From positions 930,001-994,000 of the forward strand of contig NC_088806.1 in NCBI RefSeq assembly GCF_011386835.1: 64,000 nucleotides of DNA, read 5' to 3'. Below, piece by piece: positions 1 to 12,900 of the stretch (positions within the stretch are counted from its first letter, which is position 1; each line of letters opens with the position of its first letter). The stretch is from Chrysemys picta bellii. Its lineage: Eukaryota. Below the pieces are notes generated by a model, which was given only the letters and a program-made list of their open reading frames with translations, was not told where the DNA came from and did not search any database. Made by a program: the position numbers and the translations under genes.

Positions 1-881
1 CCGGGTCCGTCCTGAGGTCTCCAGGCCCCGCATGCCTCCCCCAGGAGCTGGCAGGTGGGGATACAGGCCTTCCCAGGCCGCTGGAGGCAGCGGGACCATT
101 TCGTTCTGGGTCTCCCGCGCTGGGATTCTTTTTCTTGAACATCCTCCCTGTATAAAATGTCACCCCTTGACCTTTCCTCCCAGTGCAGCATATTTCCGTC
201 CCCCCCAGTTACGTGACATTTTGTACGGGATGGGATTTCCACTTTCCAGCCAACGCTACTTGGCCTCAGGCAGACCTTGTGGCAGTGAGTTCCACCAGCT
301 AATCTGGCATTTTCCCCCTGCTATCATCGGTTTGGAATTTGCTGCCTGTGTCAGTGTTAACACGCAAACAAGGGGGCATCTGACAGCCACATTCATCAGT
401 TCTCTTTAGAGGCCAGCGTAATACCCCGAACAGCCAACAACATTGGTCTCATTTTTCTTTCCGGTTTGAAAATCTCTGGGCTGAATTTCCCATCCCGGTT
501 GCTCTGTGCCGTTCATGACTCCGTAGGCTTCACCCGCGGCTCCGTTCCAGGCACAATGGCCAGATGTCAAAGTGAGACAATTGGAGCCTGGAAACAGGGC
601 ACCACACCTGTGACGATAGGGCCAATTAACCAGGGGAACCAATTTGCTAGTCCCAGTGGTGGAGCCTCCATCACTTGGAGCCTTAAAAGGCCTGGGGCAC
701 GTGGTCTGACCCGTGAAGGGCCAGAAGTCCGTAGGTTCTGGTAATGAAGTGGGGGATGAATTTCCCAGAGACCATGGCGGAGTCTCCACCTATGTCACAG
801 ATGAGGTGCAAGGTTCTTCTAACAGACCCGGGGGTCAGGCCGGATGGCCCCCACCTCCCACTCTCTGAGGCTGCTTCTCAC

Positions 882-950
882 CTGCTGTCGTCAGGGGAAC
901 AGAGTTGACGTGTGTCGCGTTGGCTCTGAAGCACAATTCCTGCAAATGAG
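882..950 (-). CDS. Mucin exon 14, post-SEA linker ([23 protein letters not shown])
   Basis: Acceptor CACTTCTCTTTCAG|, donor G|GTGAGA; 69 nt, phase 1-1; paralog of exon 7. Confidence 0.82.
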
Positions 951-3900
951 CTGAAAGAGAAGTGCCAGACCCATGAGTCGTGCCCCTCAGCACGGACCCT
1001 GGCTGCTTTCCGCCTGGCAGGGCGGTGAGGACCCCAGGGCTGGGCCAGCAGCCACAAGGCTGGAGCTCCGGGAGCAGGCGGGTGTGAGCTATGGGGGTGC
1101 CACTAGCGCTGGTCCTGGGGGGGCCTGTGTCTGCGGAGGGGGGCAGGCCCAGCTGGAGGCTGAGCAGGGAGAAGGGGCCAGCCGGTCTGTGGGACAAATG
1201 CAGCGGAGCAAGGGGGGTCTCCGTCATCACTCCAGGGGCTCTGGAGACCTTCTCAGCTGGCTGGAGCCCCCTGGGAGCCCAAGACAGATGCAGGAAACAG
1301 AGCAGGGACAGCATGCAAGGCTCTGCAGGGACGGGATGAGATGCCAGGTCTGCAGGGCAGCTGGCACCTCACGGCGCCCCAGAAAGCTGCTGGCCAGCGC
1401 TTGGCCCGTGAAAGGGGGACCGACTGGCCAGGCGAGGCGCGGTACAGACCCTGAGAGGAGGCGGTCGAGCCGCTGGTGCAATTGGTTGCATTGAGCAGCG
1501 TGCTGACGTTGGCCACAGCCTGGGTGTAGGTGCTGGTGTAGCTGGCGTAGGGCACGGTCAGGACCACGTGGTGATGCACCACCACGCTGCCCTTGCTGCA
1601 GGTGGAGAAGGAGAGAAGAAAAGCCATCAGAGGGCCACCATATAACACCCACCCCCCTAGTGTTGCCAGGCATCTGGGTTCCAACCAGAAGGCCCGGTCA
1701 AAAGGGGACCCTGGCAGCTCCGGTCGGCACCGCCAACCAGGCCATTAAAAGTCCAGTCGTCGGTGCAGTCCCTGCCTGTCCTGGGGCACAGCGCAGCTCC
1801 CGGAAGCAGCCATCAGGTCCCTGCAGCCCTTAGGCACTGGGCAGCCAGTGAGGCTCCACACGCTGACCTTGCACCTGCAGGCGTCGCCCCCACAGCTCCC
1901 ATTGGTCAGAGTTCCCGGCCAATGGGAGCTGTGGAGCTGGCCCGCGGGAAGCGGGCTGCGTGCAGAGCCTCACTGGCCGCCCATGTGCCTAGGGGCTGCA
2001 GGGACCAGGTAGCAGCTTCCTGGAAGCAGTGGAAAGCTCCGCAGGGACCCCGCACCCTGAACCCCTCCTGCACCCCAACCCAGAGCCCGCCCCTCCCCAA
2101 ACTCCCTCCAGGAGCCCACATCCCCCAACACCCCAACCTCCTGCTCCAGCCCCCTCCTGCACTCCAAGCCCCTCATCCCCGGCCCCACCCCAGAGCTCAC
2201 ACCCCCAGCAAGAACCCACACCCCCTCCCACACTCCAAATCCCTCGGCCCCAGCCCCCCTCCTGTATCCCAAACACCTCATCCCCCGCCACAGCACAGAG
2301 TCCAAACCCCCGCTGGAGTCCTTGCCCCCCCTGCACCCCAACCCCCTACCCCAGTCCATTGAAAGTGAGTGAGGGTGGGGGAGAGCAAGTGATGGAGGGA
2401 GGGGGGATGGAGCGAGCAGGGGTGGGGCCTCAGGGAAGAGACGGGGCTGTTTGATTTTGTGCGACTAGAAAGTTTGCAACTGTTCCCCTCCCCCCCGACC
2501 CCGCGCCTCACCTCAGCTGGATCACCTTAATGCGTAGGAACCCGGGCAGCGTCTGCCTGTAGATCGGGTCCATCTGCAAGACAACAGGCTCAGCATGGTG
2601 GACGCCAAGTGCTCCCCCTGCTCGGTGGAGCCCCGGCCCCCTTCCCAGTGCATAGCCCCGCCCCACTGCAGCAGCTCCCCCCTGCCCAGCGGAGACCCTG
2701 CTCCCCCAACCCAGTGGTTGCTCCTTCCCCCTAGACTGGCTTGGCCCTTCCACGGCTCAACCCGGCCCCAGGGACCATGTGCAGCTGGGCCGTCCCCCAC
2801 GCGCCAAAGCCCCAACCCTCCCATAATGCATTGCACCAGGGCCCCTGCTCCCAGGAGACGCAGCGGCCCTATGTAATGAGGCACTGCCTCCACAGACCCT
2901 GCAATCTTCCCCCTCAGCGGCGCGCCAGACCCCATCTCTGCCCCCACTACAGCAGTTCCCTATTCACCCACAGCTCCGTGCATGCCCCCCAAGCTCCTGG
3001 CAGCTCCTGGGCCCCGTCTCCCTCACCTGGTTGCTGAAGATTGACACAAACGCTCCGAACGCTGTGGACGTTGGATCCTCCATTTTTTCAGAGAAGTTCA
3101 TGTTCGTCACCACCACGATGACACTGATCTCTGCTGGCACCACATCTGCAAGCGGGAAACAAAGCGCAGCATTAGCAGCCCCGAGTGGTCACAAGCCGGG
3201 GCCGGGGGGGCTCGCCAGGCTCGGGTTAAACACCACGAGATCGGGGTGGGGGTAATTATGAGTTTGGATCCCAGCGTGGTGCCTGTTCCAGAGCTGAGCT
3301 CCCCGGAGAGTCAGGAAGCGTTTCCTAAAACCCAACCGAGCTTGGCCCTGTTCCAAATTAAGCCCCTTGCTCCCTGTCCTGCCTTCGGGGGGTCCAGAGA
3401 ACAACTGACCCCATCCCCTCAGACCAGCCCTTCCCCGACCTGCAAGCCGGGCTCAAGTACCCCCGTCCTCCGTGCTGAACTCGCCTGGGTTTAATCTTGC
3501 CCCCTAGGTCAGGCTTTTAGCCCTTGGATCATCCTTTGAGTGGCCACTCCCCAGTTTGCCCCCAGCTCCCCTAATGTGCCCAGAGCTGGCCACAGCCCCC
3601 CAGCTGGGGGCTCACTGGTGCCAACAGAGCAGGACGAACCCTCCCCCATTCACACAACCGGGGTTGATATTAGCCTTTTTTGCACCCACATCACATTGTT
3701 GGCTTGTGTGGTGCCGTTGCAAAAAAGGCTAGTGTCAGTCATGGGCCGCAGCAACAAACACCCCAGTAAAGCCACTAGGGTCGCCGATGCAGCCAACGGG
3801 ACCGTGAGCCCGGGAAAGGGGTTCATGAACCAAACTCTTGGGAGCAAGCTGCTAAGGCTCGGGATCTGACAGTCCAACAGGGTCCCCCGGAGCGATGGGG

Positions 3901-6900
3901 GAGGCCAGAGCCACTCACCGACATTGATGTTGTTCATCACCGTTTCGCACAGCTCCCCTGTAAATCCGGGCAGGCAGAGACACTTGTTCGCAAGGAACGT
4001 CCCTCCGTTCTGGCACCTCAGGGGCTCCAGCGTTATGGCGGGAACTTCAGGGGAGCAAAGAGAGAAATGGGACTGAATGAGGATATAAACCTGAAAGGGA
4101 CCCCTCCTCCAGTTCTGAGATGCAGCCACCTCTGGAGCGTGGCAGCAGGTTACACAGGGACCCCTCACCTGGTGCTGAGATGCAGCCACTTCTAGAGTGC
4201 AGCAGCAGGTTATAAAGGGACCGCTTACCTGGCACTGAGATGCAGCCACATCTGAGGTGAGTGTGGGAAATGGTAATGGTTTGCCACAAGTTTCTAGCCA
4301 GGAATTTGCTTCATATCCCAGGTAACCACTGATAAGGATTATGTCATTTTGGTGTGTGACAGTAGCCCCTGCATGCCCCAAACTGTAATGAGGACCCCAT
4401 GGTGCTGGGCACTGCACCTGCCCCAACTGAGATCAGGGGCCTCGTAGTGCTGGTAAGTGGCTGAGCCAGGAATAGAATCTAGGGCTCCCAATCTGCTGCC
4501 CCCATCTTTCTCGTTGAACCCCGCTCCCCATAGAAACCCACAACTCACCCGCAGTGGTTGTGGTGCCAGTGGTGTTTGCGGGGTGGCTGCTTGTCTCTGG
4601 GATTTTAGTTGGCACAGTCATGGAAGTACTTGTGCTGCTAGACTGAGTCTGAGTCACATGGCTGGTCACGGTGCTGGGTTTCCTCGTGGGAACCGAAGAA
4701 CCTGTCGAGATGGAAAGAGGAGGAGCCATTGACCTTGTAGAAGACACTTCACTTGTTGCTGGCTTTGAAGTGATCATTGTGCTAGAGATGCCGGAGGTGG
4801 ACCCTGCGGTGGTAGGCAAAGAAACTGTCGTCACCAATGTTTTCTCACGGGTGGTGGATTTGGTTGGACTTGGAACAAAATGGGTTGTCACTGGCAGTGT
4901 CTCATTGTGCGTGGATGCCGGAGGACTTGAGTAGGAAACTGTTGTTGCCAGGGTGGTCTCGTTGGTGGTGGGTGAGGATATGGTTGGATAGGACTCTTTT
5001 GTCTTTATGGTAGACTCGGCGGAAGATGTGGTCACAGTCGGCTGAGGAGAGACTGTTGTCAAAGTTGTCTGTCGGCTGCTGAATTCCTCTGTGTTAGGGA
5101 CAGAAAGAGTTGTTACTCCTATACTCTCAGTATTTGTGAATTCAGTATGAGTTGGATGGAGAGGGGCCAACGTCATGGTTGTCTTATTGCTGGTGAATTC
5201 AGGTACGGTTGTATGGGACACAGGTGTCATTGTGGTACTCTCTGTGGAAGATGTGACTACAGTTGGCTGGGATGTGACTTTTGTCAAATTTCTCTCACTG
5301 GTGAAGCTTTCTGCTGTAGCTGTCACAGAGAGTGTAGAAGACCTTGTGAATTCAGTAGCTGTTGGCTGGGGAAGACTTGTTGTGAATGTTGTTTCATTAG
5401 TGGGGACATCCGCTATGGTTGAATGGTGCTCAGTTGTCTTTACAGTACTTCCTGCCAAAGTTGTCTCCTTTCTGCTGGACTCAGACACAGTTGTGTGGGA
5501 GAGAGACGTCACTGAAGGGCTCCCAGTGGAAGGGGTGGTCAGAGCTGGTTGGGAGGTGGCCGTTGTAGAGTTTGTCTCGAGTGTGGAGATTTCAAGTGTA
5601 ACAGGTACAGAAACAGTAGTTGATATTGTGGTCTCAGCATGGGTAGATTTTGCTGTAGTTTCTACAGGAAAACTAGTTGCCATGGTAGTCTCACTGCCTG
5701 AGATTTCTGTAAAAGTCTGATGTGGAGGAGTTGTCATCGGAGCTGCCGCACTGGTAAGGAATTCAGGAAGTGTTGTGTGTGACACGTTTGTCGTTATGAT
5801 ACTCTCAGTAGAAGATGTTGATACAACTGCAGAGTGAGTAGCTCTTGTTGCCACTGTCTCACTAGTGGATGTTTCAGATGTAGCAGAAGCAGAAGGTGTT
5901 GTTGACAATGTTGTTTCACGGTTGGTAAATGCTGTTGAAGCTGGAGCAGAATATGTTGTTGCCAGAGTCGTTTCATTGGTGGTGGTTTCAGAAAGGGTTG
6001 TGTGAGAGACAGAAGTCAAGAAGGTGCTATGGGTGGAAGAGAAGGTCACCGTTGGCGGTGGAGACGATGTTGCTGAGGTTGTCTCACTGTTGCTTGTTTC
6101 CATTGTGGTGTGCACTGAAGATGTTATCTCATTGTGTGTGGATGTCTCTGTCATTGGAAGAGAAGGAGAGCTTGCCATGGTAGTCTCCGTACTTGTAAAT
6201 TCAGTACGAGTTGGATGGGGAGGAACCAATGTCATGGTTGTCTCATTGGAGGTGAATTCAGAGACCGCTGGTTGTGTGACAGTCGTCCTCAAGGGACTTT
6301 CACTGGACGATGCTGTTAGAGTAGACTGGGAAGCCGTCGTCAGACTTTCTTCCCTTGTGGAAATTTGGGCTGTGCTCAGGACCGGAAGGTAGGTTGCCAT
6401 GGGAGTCTCACTTTTTGTATATTCACTAAAAGTAGGGGGAAGAAGAGTCGTTGTTAGGGTTGTCTCACTGGTGAAAGTTTCAGGTAGTGTTGAGAGAGAG
6501 ACACTGGTTGTTATCTCCCTGGAAGATGTTGATACAACTGCAGAATGAGTAGCTCTTGTTCCCACTGTCTCACTAGTGGATGTTTCAGATGTAGCGGACG
6601 CAGAAGGTGTTGTTGACAATGTTGTTTCACGGTTGGTAAATGCTGTTGAGGCTGGAGCAGAAACTGTTGTTGCCAGAGTTGTTTCATTGGTGGTGGTTTC
6701 AGAAAGAGTTGTGTGAGAGACAGAAGTCAAGAAGGTGCTATGGGTGGAAAAGAAGGTCACCATTGGCGGTGGAGAGGATGTTGCTGAGGTTGTCTCACTG
6801 TTGCTTGTTTCCATTGTGGTGTGCACTGAAGATGTTATCGCATTGTGTGTGGATGTCTCTGTCATTGGAAGAGAAGGAGAGCTTGCCATGGTAGTCTCCG

Positions 6901-9900
6901 TACTTGTAAATTCAGTACCAGTTGGATGGGGAGGAACCAATGTCATGGTTGTCTCATTGGAGGTGAATTCAGAGACCGCTGGTTGTGTGACAGTCGTCCT
7001 CATGGGACTTTCACTGGACGATGCTGTCAGAGTAGACTGGGAAGCCGTCGTCAGACTTTCCTCCCTTGTGGAAATTTCAACTGTACTCAGGACCGGAAGG
7101 GAGGTTGCCATGGGAGTCTCACTTTTTGTATATTCACTAAAAGTAGGGGGAAGAAGAGTCGTTGTTAGGGTTGTCTCACTGGTGAAAGTTTCAGGTAGTG
7201 TTGAGAGAGAGACACTGGTTGTTATCTCCCTGGAAGATGTTGATACAACTGCAGAGTGAGTAGCTCTTGTTCCCACTGTCTCACTAGTGGATGTTTCAGA
7301 TGTAGCGGATGCAGAAGGTGTTGTTGACAATGTTGTTTCACGGTTGGTAAATGCTGTTGAAGCTGGAGCAGAAACTGTTGTTGCCAGAGTCGTTTCATTG
7401 GTGGTGGTTTCAGAAAGGGTTGTGTGAGAGACAGAAGTCAAGAAGGTGCTATGGGTGGAAGAGAAGGTCACCGTTGGCGGTGGAGAGGATGTTGCTGAGG
7501 TTGTCTCACTGTTGCTTGTTTCCATTGTGGTGTGCACTGAAGATGTTATCTCATTGTGTGTGGATGTCTCTGTCACTGGAAGAGAAGGAGAGCTTGCCAT
7601 GGTAGTCTCCGTACTTGTAAACTCAGTACGAGTTGGATGGGGAGGAACCAATGTCATGGTTGTCTCATTGGAGGTGAATTCAGAGACCGCTGGTTGTGTG
7701 ACAGTCGTCCTCAAGGGACTTTCACTGGACGATGCTGTCAGAGTAGACTGGGAAGCCGTCGTCAGACTTTCTTCCCTTGTGGAAATTTGGGCTGTGCTCA
7801 GGACCGGAAGGGAGGTTGCCATGGGAGTCTCACTTTTTGTATATTCACTAAAAGTAGGGGGAAGAAGAGTCGTTGTTAGGGTTGTCTCACTGGTGAAAGT
7901 TTCAGGTAGTGTTGAGAGAGAGACACTGGTTGTTATCTCCCTGGAAGATGTTGATACAACTGCAGACTGAGTAGCTCTTGTTCCCACTGTCTCACTAGTG
8001 GATGTTTCAGATGTAGCGGATGCAGAAGGTGTTGTTGACAATGTTGTTTCACGGTTGGTAAATGCTGTTGAAGCTGGAGCAGAAACTGTTGTTGCCAGAG
8101 TTGTTTCATTGGTGGTGGTTTCAGAAAGGGTTGTGTGAGAGACGGAAGTCAAGAAGGTGCTATGGGTGGAAGAGAAGGTCACCGTTGGCGGTGGAGAGGA
8201 TGTTGCTGAGGTTGTCTCACTGTTGCTTGTTTCCATTGTGGTGTGCACTGAAGATGTTATCTCATTGTGTGTGGATGTCTCTGTCATTGGAAGAGAAGGA
8301 GAGCTTGCCAAGGTAGTCTCCGTACTTGTAAATTCAGTACCAGTTGGATGGGGAGGAACCAATGTCACGGTTGTCTCATTGGAGGTGAATTCAGAGACCG
8401 CTGGTTGTGTGACAGTCGTCCTCAAGGGACTTTCACTGGACGATGCTGTCAGAGTAGACTGGGAAGCCGTCGTCAGACTTTCTTCCCTTGTGGAAATTTG
8501 GGCTGTGCTCAGGACCGGAAGGGAGGTTGCCATGGGAGTCTCACTTTTTGTATATTCACTAAAAGTAGGGGGAAGAAGAGTCGTTGTTAGGGTTGTCTCA
8601 CTGGTGAAAGTTTCAGGTAGTGTTGAGAGAGAGACACTGGTTGTTATCTCCCTGGAAGATGTTGATACAACTGCAGAGTGAGTAGCTCTTGTTCCCACTG
8701 TCTCACTAGTGGATGTTTCAGATGTAGCGGACGCAGAAGGTGTTGTTGACAATGTTGTTTCACGGTTGGTAAATGCTGTTGAAGCTGGAGCAGAAACTGT
8801 TGTTGCCAGAGTCGTTTCATTGGTGGTGGTTTCAGAAAGGGTTGTGTGAGAGACAGAAGTCAAGAAGGTGCTATGGGTGGAAGAGAAGGTCACCGTTGGC
8901 GGTGGAGAGGATGTTGCTGAGGTTGTCTCACTGTTGCTTGTTTCCATTGTGGTGTGCACTGAAGATGTTATCTCATTGTGTGTGGATGTCTCTGTCACTG
9001 GAAGAGAAGGAGAGCTTGCCATGGTAGTCTCCGTACTTGTAAATTCAGTACGAGTTGGATGGGGAGGAACCAATGTCACGGTTGTCTCATTGGAGGTGAA
9101 TTCAGAGACCGCTGGTTGTGTGACAGTCGTCCTCAAGGGACTTTCACTGGACGATGCTGTCAGAGTAGACTGGGAAGCCGTCGTCAGACTTTCTTCCCTT
9201 GTGGAAATTTGGGCTGTGCTCAGGACCGGAAGGGAGGTTGCCATGGGAGTCTCACTTTTTGTATATTCACTAAAAGTAGGGGGAAGAAGAGTCGTTGTTA
9301 GTGTTGTCTCACTGGTGAAAGTTTCAGGTAGTGTTGAGAGAGAGACACTGGTTGTTATCTCCCTGGAAGATGTTGATACAACTGCAGAGTGAGTAGCTCT
9401 TGTTCCCACTGTCTCACTAGTGGATGTTTCAGATGTAGCGGACGCAGAAGGTGTTGTTGACAATGTTGTTTCACGGTTGGTAAATGCTGTTGAAGCTGGA
9501 GCAGAAACTGTTGTTGCCAGAGTTGTTTCATTGGTGGTGGTTTCAGAAAGGGTTGTGTGAGAGACAGAAGTCAAGAAGGTGCTATGGGTGGAAGAGAAGG
9601 TCACCGTTGGCGGTGGAGAGGATGTTGCTGAGGTTGTCTCACTGTTGCTTGTTTCCATTGTGGTGTGCACTGAAGATGTTATCTCATTGTGTGTGGATGT
9701 CTCTGTCACTGGAAGAGAAGGAGAGCTTGCCATGGTAGTCTCCGTACTTGTAAATTCAGTACGAGTTGGATGGGGAGGAACCAATGTCATGGTTGTCTCA
9801 TTGGAGGTGAATTCAGAGACCGCTGGTTGTGTGACAGTCGTCCTCAAGGGACTTTCACTGGACGATGCTGTCAGAGTAGACTGGGAAGCCGTCGTCAGAC

Positions 9901-12900
9901 TTTCTTCCCTTGTGGAAATTTGGGCTGTGCTCAGGACCGGAAGGGAGGTTGCCATGGGAGTCTCACTTTTTGTATATTCACTAAAAGTAGGGGGAAGAAG
10001 AGTCGTTGTTAGGGTTGTCTCACTGGTGAAAGTTTCAGGTAGTGTTGAGAGAGAGACACTGGTTGTTATCTCCCTGGAAGATGTTGATACAACTGCAGAG
10101 TGAGTAGCTCTTGTTCCCACTGTCTCACTAGTGGATGTTTCAGATGTAGCGGATGCAGAAGGTGTTGTTGACAATGTTGTTTCACGGTTGGTAAATGCTG
10201 TTGAAGCTGGAGCAGAAACTGTTGTTGCCAGAGTCGTTTCATTGGTGGTGGTTTCAGAAAGGGTTGTGTGAGAGACAGAAGTCAAGAAGGTGCTATGGGT
10301 GGAAGAGAAGGTCACCGTTTGCAGTGGAGAGGATGTTGCTGAGGTTGTCTCACTGTTGCTTGTTTCCATTGTGGTGTGCACTGAAGATGTTATCTCATTG
10401 TGTGTGGATGTCTCTGTCACTGGAAGAGAAGGAGAGCTTGCCATGGTAGTCTCCGTACTTGTAAATTCAGTACGAGTTGGATGGGGAGGAACCAATGTCA
10501 TGGTTGTCTCATTGGAGGTGAATTCAGAGACCGCTGGTTGTGTGACAGTCGTCCTCAAGGGACTTTCACTGGACGATGCTGTCAGAGTAGACTGGGAAGC
10601 CGTCGTCAGACTTTCTTCCCTTGTGGAAATTTGGGCTGTGCTCAGGACCGGAAGGGAGGTTGCCATGGGAGTCTCACTTTTTGTATATTCACTAAAAGTA
10701 GGGGGAAGAAGAGTCGTTGTTAGGGTTGTCTCACTGGTGAAAGTTTCAGGTAGTGTTGAGAGAGAGACACTGGTTGTTATCTCCCTGGAAGATGTTGATA
10801 CAACTGCAGAGTGAGTAGCTCCTGTTCCCACTGTCTCACTAGTGGATGTTTCAGATGTAGCGGATGCAGAAGGTGTTGTTGACAATGTTGTTTCACGGTT
10901 GGTAAATGCTGTTGAAGCTGGAGCAGAAACTGTTGTTGCCAGAGTCGTTTCATTGGTGGTGGTTTCAGAAAGGGTTGTGTGAGAGACAGAAGTCAAGAAG
11001 GTGCTATGGGTGGAAGAGAAGGTCACCGTTGGCAGTGGAGAGGATGTTGCTGAGGTTGTCTCACTGTTGCTTGTTTCCATTGTGGTGTGCACTGAAGATG
11101 TTATCTCATTGTGTGTGGATGTCTCTGTCATTGGAAGAGAAGGAGAGCTTGCCATGGTAGTCTCCGTACTTGTAAATTCAGTACGAGTTGGATGGGGAGG
11201 AACCAATGTCATGGTTGTCTCATTGGAGGTGAATTCAGAGACCGCTGGTTGTGTGACAGTCGTCCTCAAGGGACTTTCACTGGACGATGCTGTCAGAGTA
11301 GACTGGGAAGCCGTCGTCAGACTTTCTTCCCTTGTGGAAATTTGGGCTGTGCTCAGGACCGGAAGGGAGGTTGCCATGGGAGTCTCACTTTTTGTATATT
11401 CACTAAAAGTAGGGGGAAGAAGAGTCGTTGTTAGGGTTGTCTCACTGGTGAAAGTTTCAGGTAGTGTTGAGAGAGAGACACTGGTTGTTATCTCCCTGGA
11501 AGATGTTGATACAACTGCAGACTGAGTAGCTCTTGTTGCCACTGTCTCACTAGTGGATGTTTCAGATGTAGCGGACGCAGAAGGTGTTGTTGACAATGTT
11601 GTTTCACGGTTGGTAAATGCTGTTGAAGCTGGAGCAGAAACTGTTGTTGCCAGAGTTGTTTCATTGGTGGTGGTTTCAGAAAGGGTTGTGTGAGAGACGG
11701 AAGTCAAGAAGGTGCTATGGGTGGAAGAGAAGGTCACCGTTGGCGGTGGAGAGGATGTTGCTGAGGTTGTCTCACTGTTGCTTGTTTCCATTGTGGTGTG
11801 CACTGAAGATGTTATCTCATTGTGTGTGGATGTCTCCGTCATTGGAAGAGAAGGAGAGCTTGCCAAGGTAGTCTCCGTACTTGTAAATTCAGTACCAGTT
11901 GGATGGGGAGGAACCAATGTCATGGTTGTCTCATTGGAGGTGAATTCAGAGACCGCTGGTTGTGTGACAGTCGTCCTCAAGGGACTTTCACTGGACGATG
12001 CTGTCAGAGTAGACTGGGAAGCCGTCGTCAGACTTTCTTCCCTTGTGGAAATTTGGGCTGTGCTCAGGACCGGAAGGGAGGTTGCCATGGGAGTCTCAAT
12101 TTTTGTATATTCACTAAAAGTAGGGGGAAGAAGAGTCGTTGTTAGGGTTGTCTCACTGGTGAAAGTTTCAGGTAGTGTTGAGAGAGAGACACTGGTTGTT
12201 ATCTCCCTGGAAGATGTTGATACAACTGCAGAGTGAGTAGCTCTTGTTCCCACTGTCTCACTAGTGGATGTTTCAGATGTAGCGGACGCAGAAGGTGTTG
12301 TTGACAATGTTGTTTCACGGTTGGTAAATGCTGTTGAAGCTGGAGCAGAAACTGTTGTTGCCAGAGTCGTTTCATTGGTGGTGGTTTCAGAAAGGGTTGT
12401 GTGAGAGACAGAAGTCAAGAAGGTGCTATGGGTGGAAGAGAAGGTCACCGTTTGCAGTGGAGAGGATGTTGCTGAGGTTGTCTCACTGTTGCTTGTTTCC
12501 ATTGTGGTGTGCACTGAAGATGTTATCTCATTGTGTGTGGATGTCTCTGTCACTGGAAGAGAAGGAGAGCTTGCCATGGTAGTCTCCGTACTTGTAAATT
12601 CAGTACGAGTTGGATGGGGAGGAACCAATGTCATGGTTGTCTCATTGGAGGTGAATTCAGAGACCGCTGGTTGTGTGACAGTCGTCCTCAAGGGACTTTC
12701 ACTGGACGATGCTGTCAGAGTAGACTGGGAAGCCGTCGTCAGACTTTCTTCCCTTGTGGAAATTTGGGCTGTGCTCAGGACCGGAAGGGAGGTTGCCATG
12801 GGAGTCTCACTTTTTGTATATTCACTAAAAGTAGGGGGAAGAAGAGTCGTTGTTAGGGTTGTCTCACTGGTGAAAGTTTCAGGTAGTGTTGAGAGAGAGA

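Noticed and set aside
1-880. The expected second Cys-rich/EGF2 exon
   Set aside because: No YFPL/GPxC-type sequence on the minus strand; it is presumably beyond the window. ORFs 32..409 and 406..789 show no recognisable domain.
3650-3900. Hydrophobic stretch [20 protein letters not shown] after the EGF exon as a transmembrane segment
   Set aside because: It lies beyond the consensus donor at 3918, inside the intron before SEA exon 11, and adjoins decayed CR1-like sequence.
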